Assembly: GCF_963538455.1 (NCBI RefSeq)
Contig: NZ_CAUTHR010000011.1
Reading direction: 5' to 3' (one strand)
Source: Rothia mucilaginosa
GTDB taxonomy: Bacteria > Actinomycetota > Actinomycetes > Actinomycetales > Micrococcaceae
DNA: 64,000 nt
Both the position numbers and the translations under genes were made by a program. The notes under the pieces were generated by a model. It searched no databases, was not told where the DNA came from, and saw only the letters and a list, made by a program, of their open reading frames with translations. Positions 1-9,602 of this stretch are shown in pieces. The first letter of the stretch is position 1; every line of letters starts with the position of its first letter.

Positions 1-1038
1 GGGTTGTTGGCTCAGCTCGGCATAGATTTTCTCCTGCACGCGGACCTCATTCTGCGCGTTTTGGTATTCCTCCTGAGCCTGCTCCTGCTTGCCGACGCGC
101 AGAACTCGAAGCTTCGCCGCCGCCTGCCGTGAGGCATCCTTGGCGAGGGCAAGAATCGTATCCGGCTGGTCGTCCTTCCACACCTGCGCCATGTTCTTCG
201 AAATAATCTCCTGCGCATGCACCCACTCACGGTGCGCAGAACGTACCCGGTTTTTCGCCTCGCTCACGCGACGCTGAGCTGCCTGCTGTTCGGTGTCCAG
301 CGCCTGGCGGTAGGTGCTGTAGTTGCCTTCGAAGAGGCGCAGATGAGCCAGCCCCTGCCGGTCGGCGTGAAGCTCCGCAATCACGTGCATGCGCTCCAAT
401 AGGTCGCGGTCGTGGCTAATAATGAGCGCCGGGCAGGGCAGCGCTTCCAGTGCCGTGAAGAGCTGAGCCTTCGCCGCAGAGTCTAGGTTATTGGTCGGCT
501 CGTCCAACAGAATGAACTCGGGGTCAGAAACCATCAGTGAGGCAAGTGCGGCAATAACCGCCTCGCCACCGGAGAAGCTGTGCATCTGGCGGGCAAAGAG
601 TGCGCGAACGGTATCGGGGTTATCGCGGTCCACCTGGGTCCCCGGGGTGAACCCGTAGGTGGCCAGGGCGGTGAGGGTGCGCTCCTCAACGTCCCAGTTA
701 TCGCCAATAGTGTCGTAGAGTTCGGGGGAGTATTCGCCGGATTCCACTGCCTGCAGTGCCCACAGAATCTCGGAGATTCCACAGAGCTCGGCGAGGGTCT
801 GTTCCCGATCCAGACCCAAATCCTGAGGTAGATACGCCATCTGCTCCGGTGCCGCCAAAGAACCGGAATCCGGGGTTAAATCACCCAAAATCAACCTCAT
901 GAGGGTTGTTTTTCCGCAACCATTGTCACCAATGAGTCCGGTCAGAGGTGCCGAAAACACCGCCGAAAGATCCGCAAAAAGCGGAGGTTGGGTCGGGTGC
1001 GCGTACGAAATATGGTCGAGTGTAATGTGGCGTGACAT
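1..1038 (-). CDS. ABC-F family ATPase, paralogue 1 (3' end runs off the window)
   Basis: Not in the ORF track; read manually from ATG 1038 (GAAGGA RBS) as MSRHITLDHISY..GDNGCGKTT..FSGGE..LLDEPTNNLD..QEKIYAELSQQP. Closely similar to 1437-3224 except in the interdomain linker. Confidence 0.9.
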   Translation of the reverse strand, partial: MSRHITLDHISYAHPTQPPLFADLSAVFSAPLTGLIGDNGCGKTTLMRLILGDLTPDSGSLAAPEQMAYLPQDLGLDREQTLAELCGISEILWALQAVESGEYSPELYDTIGDNWDVEERTLTALATYGFTPGTQVDRDNPDTVRALFARQMHSFSGGEAVIAALASLMVSDPEFILLDEPTNNLDSAAKAQLFTALEALPCPALIISHDRDLLERMHVIAELHADRQGLAHLRLFEGNYSTYRQALDTEQQAAQRRVSEAKNRVRSAHREWVHAQEIISKNMAQVWKDDQPDTILALAKDASRQAAAKLRVLRVGKQEQAQEEYQNAQNEVRVQEKIYAELSQQP

Positions 1039-1101
1039 GGGCCGAGTTCCTTCGAGTAGGTGCTCGGATTCCGGCCAGTGCACATGAGGTGTGCAGGCAT
1101 G

Positions 1102-1142
1102 AAGAAACCCGAGCGTAACGGTGGATGTACCTGTGCCCGGGT
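1102..1142 (-). terminator. Attenuator hairpin in ABC-F leader 1
   Basis: ACCCGGGC...GCTCGGGT followed by TTCTT, upstream of the start codon; conserved in leader 2. Confidence 0.6.
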
Positions 1143-1237
1143 GCGTGCTGACAGAAATAGGCAGGATAAAGCGACTATAGAGCTGTGCCTATAAAGCTGC
1201 TGCGTGAGCGCACGAAAAAATTCTGTGAGGTCCGGGC

Positions 1238-1255
1238 TTATGCTCGGTGGGTCAT
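1238..1255 (-). CDS. Leader peptide uORF MTHRA (copy 1)
   Basis: AGGAGG-N10-ATG ACC CAC CGA GCA TAA; identical in both ABC-F leaders while flanks diverge. Confidence 0.65.
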   Translation of the reverse strand: MTHRA

Positions 1256-1382
1256 TTCTTTGATGCCTCCTAGATTCCGAATACCGCCCCGGTCGCGCCT
1301 TGGGTGGCTTCGGTCAAACGATACGTTCAGCTCCGTAACTACCCCCACGATGGGGCAGCGTCGGAAGAGAGCTGAGGACTCC

Positions 1383-1412
1383 AGCATAGGAACTGACTGG
1401 GCGCTGAGTCAA
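1383..1412 (-). promoter_or_regulatory. SigA-like promoter of ABC-F paralogue 1
   Basis: TTGACT-N18-TATGCT; same boxes and spacing at 3557-3586. Confidence 0.65.
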
Positions 1413-1436
1413 ACACCTTCCCATGTAGGAGAAGAT

Positions 1437-3224
1437 TCAGCGTGCTGATTCCCAGAATGGTTCCTTCCCGAGAGTTTTTGTTGAAAGGTTGAGTGTGCGG
1501 TCAATGCGGATGCGGCGGCAAAAATCCTCGTCGTGGCTCACGACGATGAGCGCGCCGGTATACGCATTGAGCGCCTGCACTAGCCAATCCACCGAAGAAA
1601 TATCGAGGTTGTTCGTCGGCTCATCCAGCATGAGTAGCTGCGGTACCGGATCAGCCAGAAGCACCTGCGCCACCGCTGCACGGAAACGCTCACCGCCGGA
1701 AAGGTCGCCGGTCTTGCGGTGCACGCTCTCGCGACGGAAAAGTAGCCGCGCCAGCTGATCGCGCAGGCGTTGCTCGCTCACCCCAGGGTTTGCCTGTTGT
1801 ACGCACTGCAGGAGGGTTAGTCGCGGGTCGAGACTAATGCGCTGAGGAACGTACGCTCCCTCGATGCAATAGTCGACGCGGTAGGCGGGCTGCACGGGGG
1901 AGAGGTAGCCCGGGTCGCCGGAGTGGGCAATGGCTTTAAGGAGGGTGGTTTTGCCGCTGCCGTTTGCACCGGTGATGCGCAGGTGTTCGGGCCCGCTGAG
2001 AATCAGATGTTCGGGGTGCTCGGTCGGGGTTTCCCTCTGAGATTTACCGCCCGTAGTATTGGGCGGCAAATGTGGAGAATCAACCTTGGCAGGTTGCTGA
2101 ACAGTAAATGTTTCACGTGAAACCTGGGCAGAATCAACCCTGCTCAGCTCCAGCACCTTACGTCCCGCGGGTAGGGGCTGCTGGCTCAGCTCGGCATAGA
2201 TTTTCTCCTGCACGCGCAGGCTCTTTTGGGCTTCTCCAACTGCTGCACGTGCATCCGCCACCATGCTTTCGTGGGCTGTGTGAAGTTTCCCGGCAGAGCG
2301 CTCTGAACTATTTTTATCCAGGCCCATAGCCATGCCAGGTTTCCGCTTTGACCGTTCAAATTCGCGGCCTCGGCGGGCGTTGCGATCGAGCTTAATCTGG
2401 TTCTCGGCGCGCTCACGAACAGCCTTACGCGCCTCATTCTTCGCCTCGGTCACGCGCCGCTGAGCGGCCTGCTGTTCGGTCTCCAATGCTTGCCGGTATG
2501 TGCTGTAGTTGCCCTCGAAGAGGCGCAGATGAGCCAGTCCCTGACGGTCCGCGTGAAGCTCCGCAACCACGTTCACACGCTCCAGCAGGTCGCGGTCGTG
2601 ACTAATAATCAGCGCCGGGCAGGGCAGTGCCTCCAGCGCGGTGAAGAGCTGAGCCTTCGCCACGGAGTCCAGGTTGTTGGTCGGCTCATCTAGCAGGATG
2701 AATTCGGGTTCGGAGGTTATGAGTGCGGCAAGTGCGGCAGTGACCGTCTGACCGCCTGAGAAGGTGCTGAGCGGGCGCATCAGAAGCTCACGAATGGCAT
2801 GCGGGATGGCGGTATCCGTGGCAAGCCCAGGGCCAAAACCGTACTCAGCGAGGGTCGCAAGGGTGCGTTCCTCAACATCCCAGTTGTCCCCGATAATCTC
2901 GTAGAGTTCGGGGGAGTAGTTGCCTGATTCCAGCGCATCGAGCGCCCGCAGAATTTTTGTAATTCCAAAAATATCGGCAAGATGCTGATGTTCACTCAAC
3001 CCTAAATCTTGCGGCAGATACGCTATACGTGGCGGGGTGCTGATTGTGCCCTGACTAGGCTTTATCTCGCCAAGAATAAGCCTGAAGAGGGTTGTTTTTC
3101 CGCAACCATTGTCGCCAATGAGTCCGGTCAGAGGCGCCGAAAACACCGCCGAAAGATCCTCAAAAAGCGGAGGCTGGCTCGGGTGTGCGTACGAAATATG
3201 GTCGAGTGTAATGTGGCGTGACAT
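1437..3224 (-). CDS. ABC-F family ATPase, paralogue 2 (ribosome-associated, possibly antibiotic target protection)
   Basis: Two NBDs (GDNGCGKTT/FSGGQ/LLDEPTNNLD and GANGSGKTT/LSGGE/MLDEPTNNLD), helical linker, no TM segments. Start moved to ATG 3224 with GAAGGA RBS. Confidence 0.92.
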   Translation of the reverse strand: MSRHITLDHISYAHPSQPPLFEDLSAVFSAPLTGLIGDNGCGKTTLFRLILGEIKPSQGTISTPPRIAYLPQDLGLSEHQHLADIFGITKILRALDALESGNYSPELYEIIGDNWDVEERTLATLAEYGFGPGLATDTAIPHAIRELLMRPLSTFSGGQTVTAALAALITSEPEFILLDEPTNNLDSVAKAQLFTALEALPCPALIISHDRDLLERVNVVAELHADRQGLAHLRLFEGNYSTYRQALETEQQAAQRRVTEAKNEARKAVRERAENQIKLDRNARRGREFERSKRKPGMAMGLDKNSSERSAGKLHTAHESMVADARAAVGEAQKSLRVQEKIYAELSQQPLPAGRKVLELSRVDSAQVSRETFTVQQPAKVDSPHLPPNTTGGKSQRETPTEHPEHLILSGPEHLRITGANGSGKTTLLKAIAHSGDPGYLSPVQPAYRVDYCIEGAYVPQRISLDPRLTLLQCVQQANPGVSEQRLRDQLARLLFRRESVHRKTGDLSGGERFRAAVAQVLLADPVPQLLMLDEPTNNLDISSVDWLVQALNAYTGALIVVSHDEDFCRRIRIDRTLNLSTKTLGKEPFWESAR

Positions 3225-3287
3225 GGGCCGAGTTCCTTCGAGTAGGTGCTCGGATTCTGACCAGTGCACATGAGGCGTGAAGGCATG

Positions 3288-3328
3288 AAAAAACCCGAGC
3301 GTAACGGTGGATAAACCTATGCCCGGGT
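3288..3328 (-). terminator. Attenuator hairpin in ABC-F leader 2
   Basis: ACCCGGGC...GCTCGGG followed by TTTTTT. Confidence 0.65.
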
Positions 3329-3410
3329 GTGCGCGCTGATGGAAATACGCAGGTCAAGATGCCTGCACATATAGTTGCGTGGGCGCGCGAAAATTCTGTG
3401 AGGTCCGGGC

Positions 3411-3428
3411 TTATGCTCGGTGGGTCAT
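3411..3428 (-). CDS. Leader peptide uORF MTHRA (copy 2)
   Basis: AGGAGG-N10-ATGACCCACCGAGCATAA. Confidence 0.65.
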   Translation of the reverse strand: MTHRA

Positions 3429-3556
3429 TTCTTTGATGCCTCCTAGATTCCGAAGGGCACCCCGGTCGCGCCTTGGGTGGCTTCGGTTCAACAATGCGAT
3501 CAGCTCTGTAGGTTACCCCCGCGGCGGGGCAACACGGATAGAGAGCTGATGAATCC

Positions 3557-3586
3557 AGCATAGGAACTATGTGAGCGGCGGGTCAA
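3557..3586 (-). promoter_or_regulatory. SigA-like promoter of ABC-F paralogue 2
   Basis: TTGACC-N18-TATGCT. Confidence 0.65.
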
Positions 3587-3750
3587 GTACCCTCCTATAA
3601 AACCTTCTAATAAGCACTGATACTCCCTAGAGAGCACTAGAGGGCACTAGAGAACACAAAAAGAGAGGCGACACCATTCGGTGCCGCCCCTCCTTTAGGC
3701 ATTAAATCTGCGCGCGTAAAAACGCGGCTCATGCCTGAAAATAAAAGCTA

Positions 3751-4563
3751 TTACGCCTCGTGGCGCTCACGGTACATGCCCAGCGGGCCCGCATCCGCGT
3801 ACGCCTGGGCATCGTTGTAACGGTACAGGCGCGGCGGGCGGTGGCGGGTGCCCTCCACACGGCGGCCGGTGTCAATAATCGACTTCGATGCCGCAATCTG
3901 GCGGCGGAAGTTCGCCGGATCCAGGGTACGACCCAGAATCGCCTCGTACACCTCACGCAGCTGCGCCAGGGTGAACTCCTCACCCAGGAAAGAGTGTGCA
4001 ATACGCGAGTACTCCACCTTGTTCTGCAGGCGGTAAAGCGCGTACTCAATGATCTCGTTGTGGTCGAAGGCGAGCTCGGGCAGCTCATCCACCGGGAACC
4101 AGCGGATGTTCTCGTGCACGCGAGTGTTCGCAACCTCGGTGGCGGGAATCGACGCCCAGTACACCACGGAAACCACGCGCTCGTGATCAGCGCCGGGTAC
4201 CGGGTCGGGCTCGCCCACAACGCGGGCGGCACGCGCCTCGGGGGTGCGCAGAACGTCACCGAATGCGTAGAGCTGCTCCAGGTAGCCGGGCTGCAGGTTG
4301 GTTGCGCGCTTCAGCGTCGAAGCTGCAGCCTCTTCGAGGGAAAGATTCGGGTTGAGCGGGCCGCCGGGCAGCGCCCACTGGCCCTTATAGGGCTCGCGGA
4401 GGCGGCGAACCAGCGGCAGCCACAGGGTCGGGTGGGTTTCGTTTTCCTTGGGGCGCAGGGCCAGAATAACGGTCGATACAGCGAGGGATACAGAGGTGTG
4501 GTCCACGTCGTGGTGCTCTTCAACGGCAACTGCGCCGGGAAGAGGCTGGGATGCGATGCTCAT
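3751..4563 (-). CDS. NrtR-like regulator (NUDIX domain + winged helix)
   Basis: GQWALPGG..SLEEAA degenerate Nudix box, LAFDH, FTLAQLREVYEAILG..DPANFRR..RPPRLY. Confidence 0.85.
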   Translation of the reverse strand: MSIASQPLPGAVAVEEHHDVDHTSVSLAVSTVILALRPKENETHPTLWLPLVRRLREPYKGQWALPGGPLNPNLSLEEAAASTLKRATNLQPGYLEQLYAFGDVLRTPEARAARVVGEPDPVPGADHERVVSVVYWASIPATEVANTRVHENIRWFPVDELPELAFDHNEIIEYALYRLQNKVEYSRIAHSFLGEEFTLAQLREVYEAILGRTLDPANFRRQIAASKSIIDTGRRVEGTRHRPPRLYRYNDAQAYADAGPLGMYRERHEA

Positions 4564-4824
4564 TCAGGCCTCCTGTGCGAATGGGTATCGATAGGTGTGC
4601 ATACCCTACCCATTTTAAGGGGTTAATAGGGTAAAAATGCACGCAAGGCACCCGCCGAGCCGAAAACCGGTGCCCTCCGCGTCGTGTCAAGGGGAAAAAG
4701 TTCAGGTACCGGACACGCAAAGCACCCCTCCGCACTGCTCAAAAGGCAGAGGGGAGGGGCGCTCCAGCGTCTAACTATGCAACGTCTAACTATGCAATTT
4801 TAGGGTGCATGCCGGGGGTGCAGA

Positions 4825-5145
4825 CTAGTCGATCTGCAGCTCGCCCATAGCATCCCAGTCATCGCCGTCAATCAGGCGAGAAATAATCTTCGGGGTTGCG
4901 GTCAGCAGCGGACGCATGTCCTTCATAGCCTGCTGGAAGTGGTCAGAGTTCACGTGCGGGCCAGCTGCGTCATCGTTGAAAGCCTCGAGCAGAACGAACT
5001 CGTTCGGATCCTCAACGCTGCGGGACCACTCGAAGAACTTGTTGCCTTCCTCGGCGCGGGTTGCCTCGGTGAAAGCACGGGTCTTCTCGATCCACTGGTC
5101 AGCGTATTCGGGCTTGACGGGGAACTTTACAGCAATGAAAATCAT
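4825..5145 (-). CDS. Putative quinol monooxygenase (ABM/YgiN family)
   Basis: 106 aa; TRAEEGN..FVLLEAF..HVNSDHF pattern. Confidence 0.85.
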   Translation of the reverse strand: MIFIAVKFPVKPEYADQWIEKTRAFTEATRAEEGNKFFEWSRSVEDPNEFVLLEAFNDDAAGPHVNSDHFQQAMKDMRPLLTATPKIISRLIDGDDWDAMGELQID

Positions 5146-5282
5146 TGGAACTCCTTGATGGAAGGGTAGATATGTACCCTCCCAGTTTAAGGCCTGGGCG
5201 CTTTCCGGCGCTGGAGAATGCGGTGTGAGGCGGCGGTTTTAGCTTGTGGCTTTACCCGCCGTGTCGAGTGGCTTTCGTGGTT

Positions 5283-5861
5283 TTAATGAGCCGCCGCCTT
5301 AAGCACCTGCAGGGCGCGTTCCAGCGCCGCACGGTCTGCCGTGATGGCGGCTGCCCTCTGCGGGTTGGCGGAGTCGCCTCCGAACGCCGCGTTGTAGTAC
5401 ATGCCGTCACCCAGAAGCAGTACGGCGCGGGCAATCTGCTCGTCACCAATCTCCGCGAGGACGAGCGCATGCCAGCCGTCCTGTACGCGCGCCATGGTCT
5501 GCTGGGCAAGCTCGTTATTGCTCTGCGCCAGGCGACTCAGGGCAATCAGGGAGCGGTCGAACGGCGAATTATCGGGCGTGGAGGAATTGATGTAGTAGGC
5601 GCTTGCACCTTCGGGTGCCTGCTTCATTGCCGCGAAGTCCTCTTCTGCCAGGGCGAGGGTGCGTTCTGCGAGCGCCTCCAGCAGTGCCTTCTTGGAGGAG
5701 AAATGGTAGAGTAGCCCGCCCTTGGAAACCTTGGCGGCGGTGGCGACGGCGTCGAGGGTTGCGGCGCGTTCTCCCGAGCGAATCAGCAGGTCGACGTAGG
5801 TGTCGAGGATGTGTTCGCGGGAGTTGTTGGCGCGCTGTTTTCGGTGGTTGGGGATGGTCAT
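5283..5861 (-). CDS. TetR/AcrR family regulator
   Basis: HTH TLDAVATAAKVSKGGLLYHFSSKKAL; divergent from the MFS gene. Confidence 0.92.
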   Translation of the reverse strand: MTIPNHRKQRANNSREHILDTYVDLLIRSGERAATLDAVATAAKVSKGGLLYHFSSKKALLEALAERTLALAEEDFAAMKQAPEGASAYYINSSTPDNSPFDRSLIALSRLAQSNNELAQQTMARVQDGWHALVLAEIGDEQIARAVLLLGDGMYYNAAFGGDSANPQRAAAITADRAALERALQVLKAAAH

Positions 5862-5883
5862 GGTTACCAGTCTAACCGCTTGA

Positions 5884-5909
5884 AACTATACCGTCCAGTT
5901 GGTATAGTT
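5884..5909. promoter_or_regulatory. Probable TetR operator
   Basis: Perfect inverted repeat AACTATACC-N8-GGTATAGTT between the divergent TetR and MFS genes. Confidence 0.8.
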
Positions 5910-6058
5910 AATCTTCGTTTGTGGACCCGCCCGGCCCCCTAAAACCTCCGGGCAAGCCCCGAAGCCACACTAAAAACCCTAGTCCAAAAGATAGGCCGAG
6001 CTGATGCCGCCACATCCGCCGTATCAGCCGAAACCCCATAGACGCACGAAAACAACCC

Positions 6059-7624
6059 ATGACGAATCACAATCCGCACACCACGGCTCTGCCCATTCAC
6101 GCCCCCGACCAGAAGACCAAGCGCTGGGCGGCACTCGGCGTGCTCATGCTCCCGGTGCTCCTGGTCTCCATCGACAACACGGTGCTCGCCTTCGCGGTGC
6201 CCGCAATCGCTAAGACGCTGAGCCCCTCCTCCGCGGAGCAGCTGTGGATTGTTGACTCCTACCCGCTGGTGCTCTCCGCCCTGCTCGTGCCCATGGGCGC
6301 TATTGGTGACCGTATCGGCCGCCGCAAGCTGCTGCTCATCGGTTCGACCGGCTTCGCGGCGATTTCTGCGCTCGCGGCATTCGCGCCCTCCGCGCTGATG
6401 CTCGTGGTTGCCCGTGCCCTGCTCGGTATTTTTGGTGCCATGCTCATGCCGGCAACCCTGTCGATTATTCGCAATATCTTTGTGGATGCGACCGAGCGCC
6501 GCATCGCTATTGCTGTGTGGGCTTCGGGATTCTCGGCGGGTGCGGCGCTGGGCCCGATTGTGGGTGGTTTCCTGCTGGAGCACTTCGAGTGGGGTTCGGT
6601 GTTCCTGCTCGCTGTGCCGATTCTGATTCCTCTGCTGATTCTCGCCCCGATCATGGTGCCCGAGTCGAAGGACCCGAACCCCAGCCCGGTGGATCCGCTG
6701 AGCATCCTGCTGATTATGACCGGCATGACCGGCATTACCTTCGGTCTGACTCACACCTCCGAAACCGGTTTCGATGCGGTGGCTATTAGCACCATCCTTG
6801 CCGGCCTGTGCTTCATCGTCCTGTTCGTGCTGCGTCAGCTCAACCGCGAGAAGAATGATATTCAGCCCATGCTGGATGTGCGCCTCTTCCGCAATACCGT
6901 GTTCACCGGTGCGATTACCGCAAACCTCATCTCCATGATGGTGGATGTTGGCTTCATCTACTTCGCCTCCCAGCACCTGCAGCTGGTCTCCGGCCTGCCG
7001 CCCATGTACGCCGGTATGCTGCTGATTCCCGGTACCCTGGCGACCATTATTGCCGGTCTGGTGATTGCGCGCGTGGCGGTGCACTTCCACCCGGCGCAGG
7101 TGGTGTCCTTCGGTCTGGCACTTAACGCTGCCGCGTTCGCGGTGCTCGCCATCCTGGGTGCGCACAGTGACGTGGTCATTATCCTGATCTTCATCGTGCT
7201 CGGTACCGGTATCGGTATTGCGCAGACCATTTCGAACGACCTGATGCTCTCCAGCGTGCCGCCGCGTAAGGCGGGTGCGGCATCCGCGATTTCTGAGACC
7301 TCCTACGAGACGGGTGCGGTGCTCGGCACCGTCATCATTGGCGGTATGCTCACCGCCATCTACCGCGCAAACGTCGTCATGCCTGCCGGCATGGATGAGA
7401 CCCTTGCCGACCACGCTCACGAAACCCTCGGCGGTGCCGTAACGGTCGCACACCATGTGGGTGGCGAGCAGGCAAACCAGCTGCTCTCCTCCGCATTCGC
7501 CGCCTTCGACTCCGGCGTGGTGGTTAGCTCCGCGTTCAGCGCCGTGCTCATGGGTGTTATGGCTGTTATCAGCTACCTCATGATCCGCAAGGCACCGCGT
7601 GAAATGAAGCCCGCTGAGCATTAA
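6059..7624 (+). CDS. MFS drug:H+ antiporter (DHA2, 14-TM, LfrA/SmvA-like)
   Basis: IDNTVL motif D1, GDRIGRRK motif A, LGPIVGGFLL motif C, many TM helices. Confidence 0.92.
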   Translation: MTNHNPHTTALPIHAPDQKTKRWAALGVLMLPVLLVSIDNTVLAFAVPAIAKTLSPSSAEQLWIVDSYPLVLSALLVPMGAIGDRIGRRKLLLIGSTGFAAISALAAFAPSALMLVVARALLGIFGAMLMPATLSIIRNIFVDATERRIAIAVWASGFSAGAALGPIVGGFLLEHFEWGSVFLLAVPILIPLLILAPIMVPESKDPNPSPVDPLSILLIMTGMTGITFGLTHTSETGFDAVAISTILAGLCFIVLFVLRQLNREKNDIQPMLDVRLFRNTVFTGAITANLISMMVDVGFIYFASQHLQLVSGLPPMYAGMLLIPGTLATIIAGLVIARVAVHFHPAQVVSFGLALNAAAFAVLAILGAHSDVVIILIFIVLGTGIGIAQTISNDLMLSSVPPRKAGAASAISETSYETGAVLGTVIIGGMLTAIYRANVVMPAGMDETLADHAHETLGGAVTVAHHVGGEQANQLLSSAFAAFDSGVVVSSAFSAVLMGVMAVISYLMIRKAPREMKPAEH

Positions 7625-7648
7625 CCCAGTGCACTAATTCGGAATACG

Positions 7649-7695
7649 TAAGCCCCGCCTCCTGACGCTACCGTAGCATCGGGAGGCGGGGCTTA
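7649..7695 (+). terminator. Intrinsic terminator after MFS
   Basis: TAAGCCCCGCCTCC...GGAGGCGGGGCTTA stem. Confidence 0.75.
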
Positions 7696-7839
7696 TTCTC
7701 TTACGCACCCACCTGTGCGTTTAAAGGTTCAGCACAGGTGCCGGTGGTACCGTAAAAACAGTAGGCTCACGCCCGAAAAAGACACCCCGAAAAAGACCGA
7801 GAAACCAGCGGCTCCACGCACTCAAGGAGGAACGCCACC

Positions 7840-9198
7840 ATGGGACTCAAAGACTGGGTAGCACCCTTTATCACGCTACTCATCGGTGCCAGCACCATCT
7901 TCATCTCCTACAAGAACTACCAGGCGCAGGCGGCGGCAAAACCCTCCGAACTGGCACGCCTGGAGCTGTGGAGCAAGCTCCTCACCGAAGCCGGCATGGA
8001 CGTCAGCGCGCTCCCCAACCCGGAGAGCCTCACCTCCGACCAGCGCGTCGTCCTGGAGAACTACCGGGTCTTCCTCAAACGTGCCTCCCTCGAATCGAAG
8101 TTGCGTAAAGTCGGTATCGACAGCAACCGCGTGTTCAGCCTGCTCATGAAGCGTGCGCACTCCTCCGTGAAGCCCACACCCATCCCCATTGGTGACTCGG
8201 TACGCTACTACCGCCTGATTCTGCGCGGCCTGCTGTACATTTGGACGCCTCTCGCCGTGGTGTTTATTGGCGTGCCGATTATCGTAGCAACCATCGCCTA
8301 CCTGGTGCGTATCTTCACCGGCCAGCCGGTGGACTGGAGCAGCTACAGCCTGCCGCCCATCGCGGTGGTTCTGCTGCTGGTGGGCGCCGGTGCGGTGGGT
8401 TCCCTCGTGTACCTGCAGAACCGCATTATCTCCGCGATTATCGCGAACAACGTGTACTTCTACTTCTGGGATATTTACGGCTCCAAGAAGGGTGCCCGCG
8501 ATTCGAAGCACGCCTACAGCGAGCGCCTGGCGGCTAAAACCTACGCCGACCAGCTGTTCCTGGGTCAGCAAGAGTTCGCGCACCAGTTCCGTGAAAATAT
8601 GTACATGGCGGGTATCCAGGAGATTGACGAGTACCCGCGCGTGCTCAGCGACGCCGGGATGCTGCCGCGTAACTACCGGGTCGTGGAAACCACCGAGGGT
8701 GAGGACCGTATCGACCGGGCGGTGAACTGGGTGCGCTCCAAGATTGGTTTTGAGCGTCTGGAACCGCGCATTATCTACACGCTCGAACATAAGGACGCGC
8801 ACAGGGACGCGCACAAGGATGAGCATAAGGACTCCGCGCACGGTGAGCCGGTAGCTACCGGGCAGCCCGTAGAGACTCCAGCTCAGGATAAGCAGGAGGA
8901 TGTGCAGAAGGCTCCGGAGGGGCCTGTTTCGGAGGAGCCCATCGTTGCGGAGGTGCCCGTTGAAGCACCTGCCGATCATCCTACTGACGTGCTTACTGAT
9001 GTACTTGCCGGGGATCTAGCAGATGCACCCACCGAGCCCGTCACCGGAGGCGCTACCGAACCTTCCCTCGCATCTGGTGTATTTGCTGCATCCGGCGCGG
9101 ACGACCCCACGGAGGTGTTCAACCCCATCCCCCATGATGCCGCTAGTTATGAGAAGAGCGGCGATGATAAAGCCGCCGGCGAGAAACCCAAAAACTAA
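7840..9198 (+). CDS. Hypothetical membrane protein with acidic disordered tail
   Basis: AAGGAGG RBS, host-like codon use, about 3 TM segments, Pro/Glu/Ala-rich C-terminus. Confidence 0.8.
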   Translation: MGLKDWVAPFITLLIGASTIFISYKNYQAQAAAKPSELARLELWSKLLTEAGMDVSALPNPESLTSDQRVVLENYRVFLKRASLESKLRKVGIDSNRVFSLLMKRAHSSVKPTPIPIGDSVRYYRLILRGLLYIWTPLAVVFIGVPIIVATIAYLVRIFTGQPVDWSSYSLPPIAVVLLLVGAGAVGSLVYLQNRIISAIIANNVYFYFWDIYGSKKGARDSKHAYSERLAAKTYADQLFLGQQEFAHQFRENMYMAGIQEIDEYPRVLSDAGMLPRNYRVVETTEGEDRIDRAVNWVRSKIGFERLEPRIIYTLEHKDAHRDAHKDEHKDSAHGEPVATGQPVETPAQDKQEDVQKAPEGPVSEEPIVAEVPVEAPADHPTDVLTDVLAGDLADAPTEPVTGGATEPSLASGVFAASGADDPTEVFNPIPHDAASYEKSGDDKAAGEKPKN

Positions 9199-9232
9199 AT
9201 AGCCCGCCCGGGGCGCCAAAAATCCGGGCATG

Positions 9233-9288
9233 AGAAAAGGGTCGCAGCCTACGAATCGCCATTGAATCGTAAGCGTGCGACCCTTTTC
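9233..9288. terminator. Bidirectional terminator-like hairpin
   Basis: GAAAAGGGTCGCA...TGCGACCCTTTTC. Confidence 0.7.
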
Positions 9289-9602
9289 CTTTCCCTTCAA
9301 GGAGGAGCAGAATCGGAGGTACCGCCCGACCAAGAAGAGCCAAATGATGCGCCCCTCCACCAGTAGAGGTTGCCTGGCAGAAGAACCCGCAAGAGCGGGT
9401 CGGCAGAGCGCCCGGCGGAGGAGGCATCACGCCCTAGAAGCTGTTCCCCTTACAGGGGGTGATTCGCGCTCCGGGTGGGACCTACCCTCTCCCACCCGGA
9501 GGCGAATCCTAGGGATGTTCGCAGTGTCATGAATACATCCCACTGAAATCCCTAACGAACGTTCGGGGTTTCAGTATGAGCGGTATATGAGCCTACCGCA
9601 GT

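Noticed and set aside
3626..4798. Short tandem repeats (CACTAGAG-like at ~3626-3655; CGTCTAACTATGCAA twice at ~4768-4797)
   Set aside because: Only 2-3 copies near terminators; consistent with local slippage.
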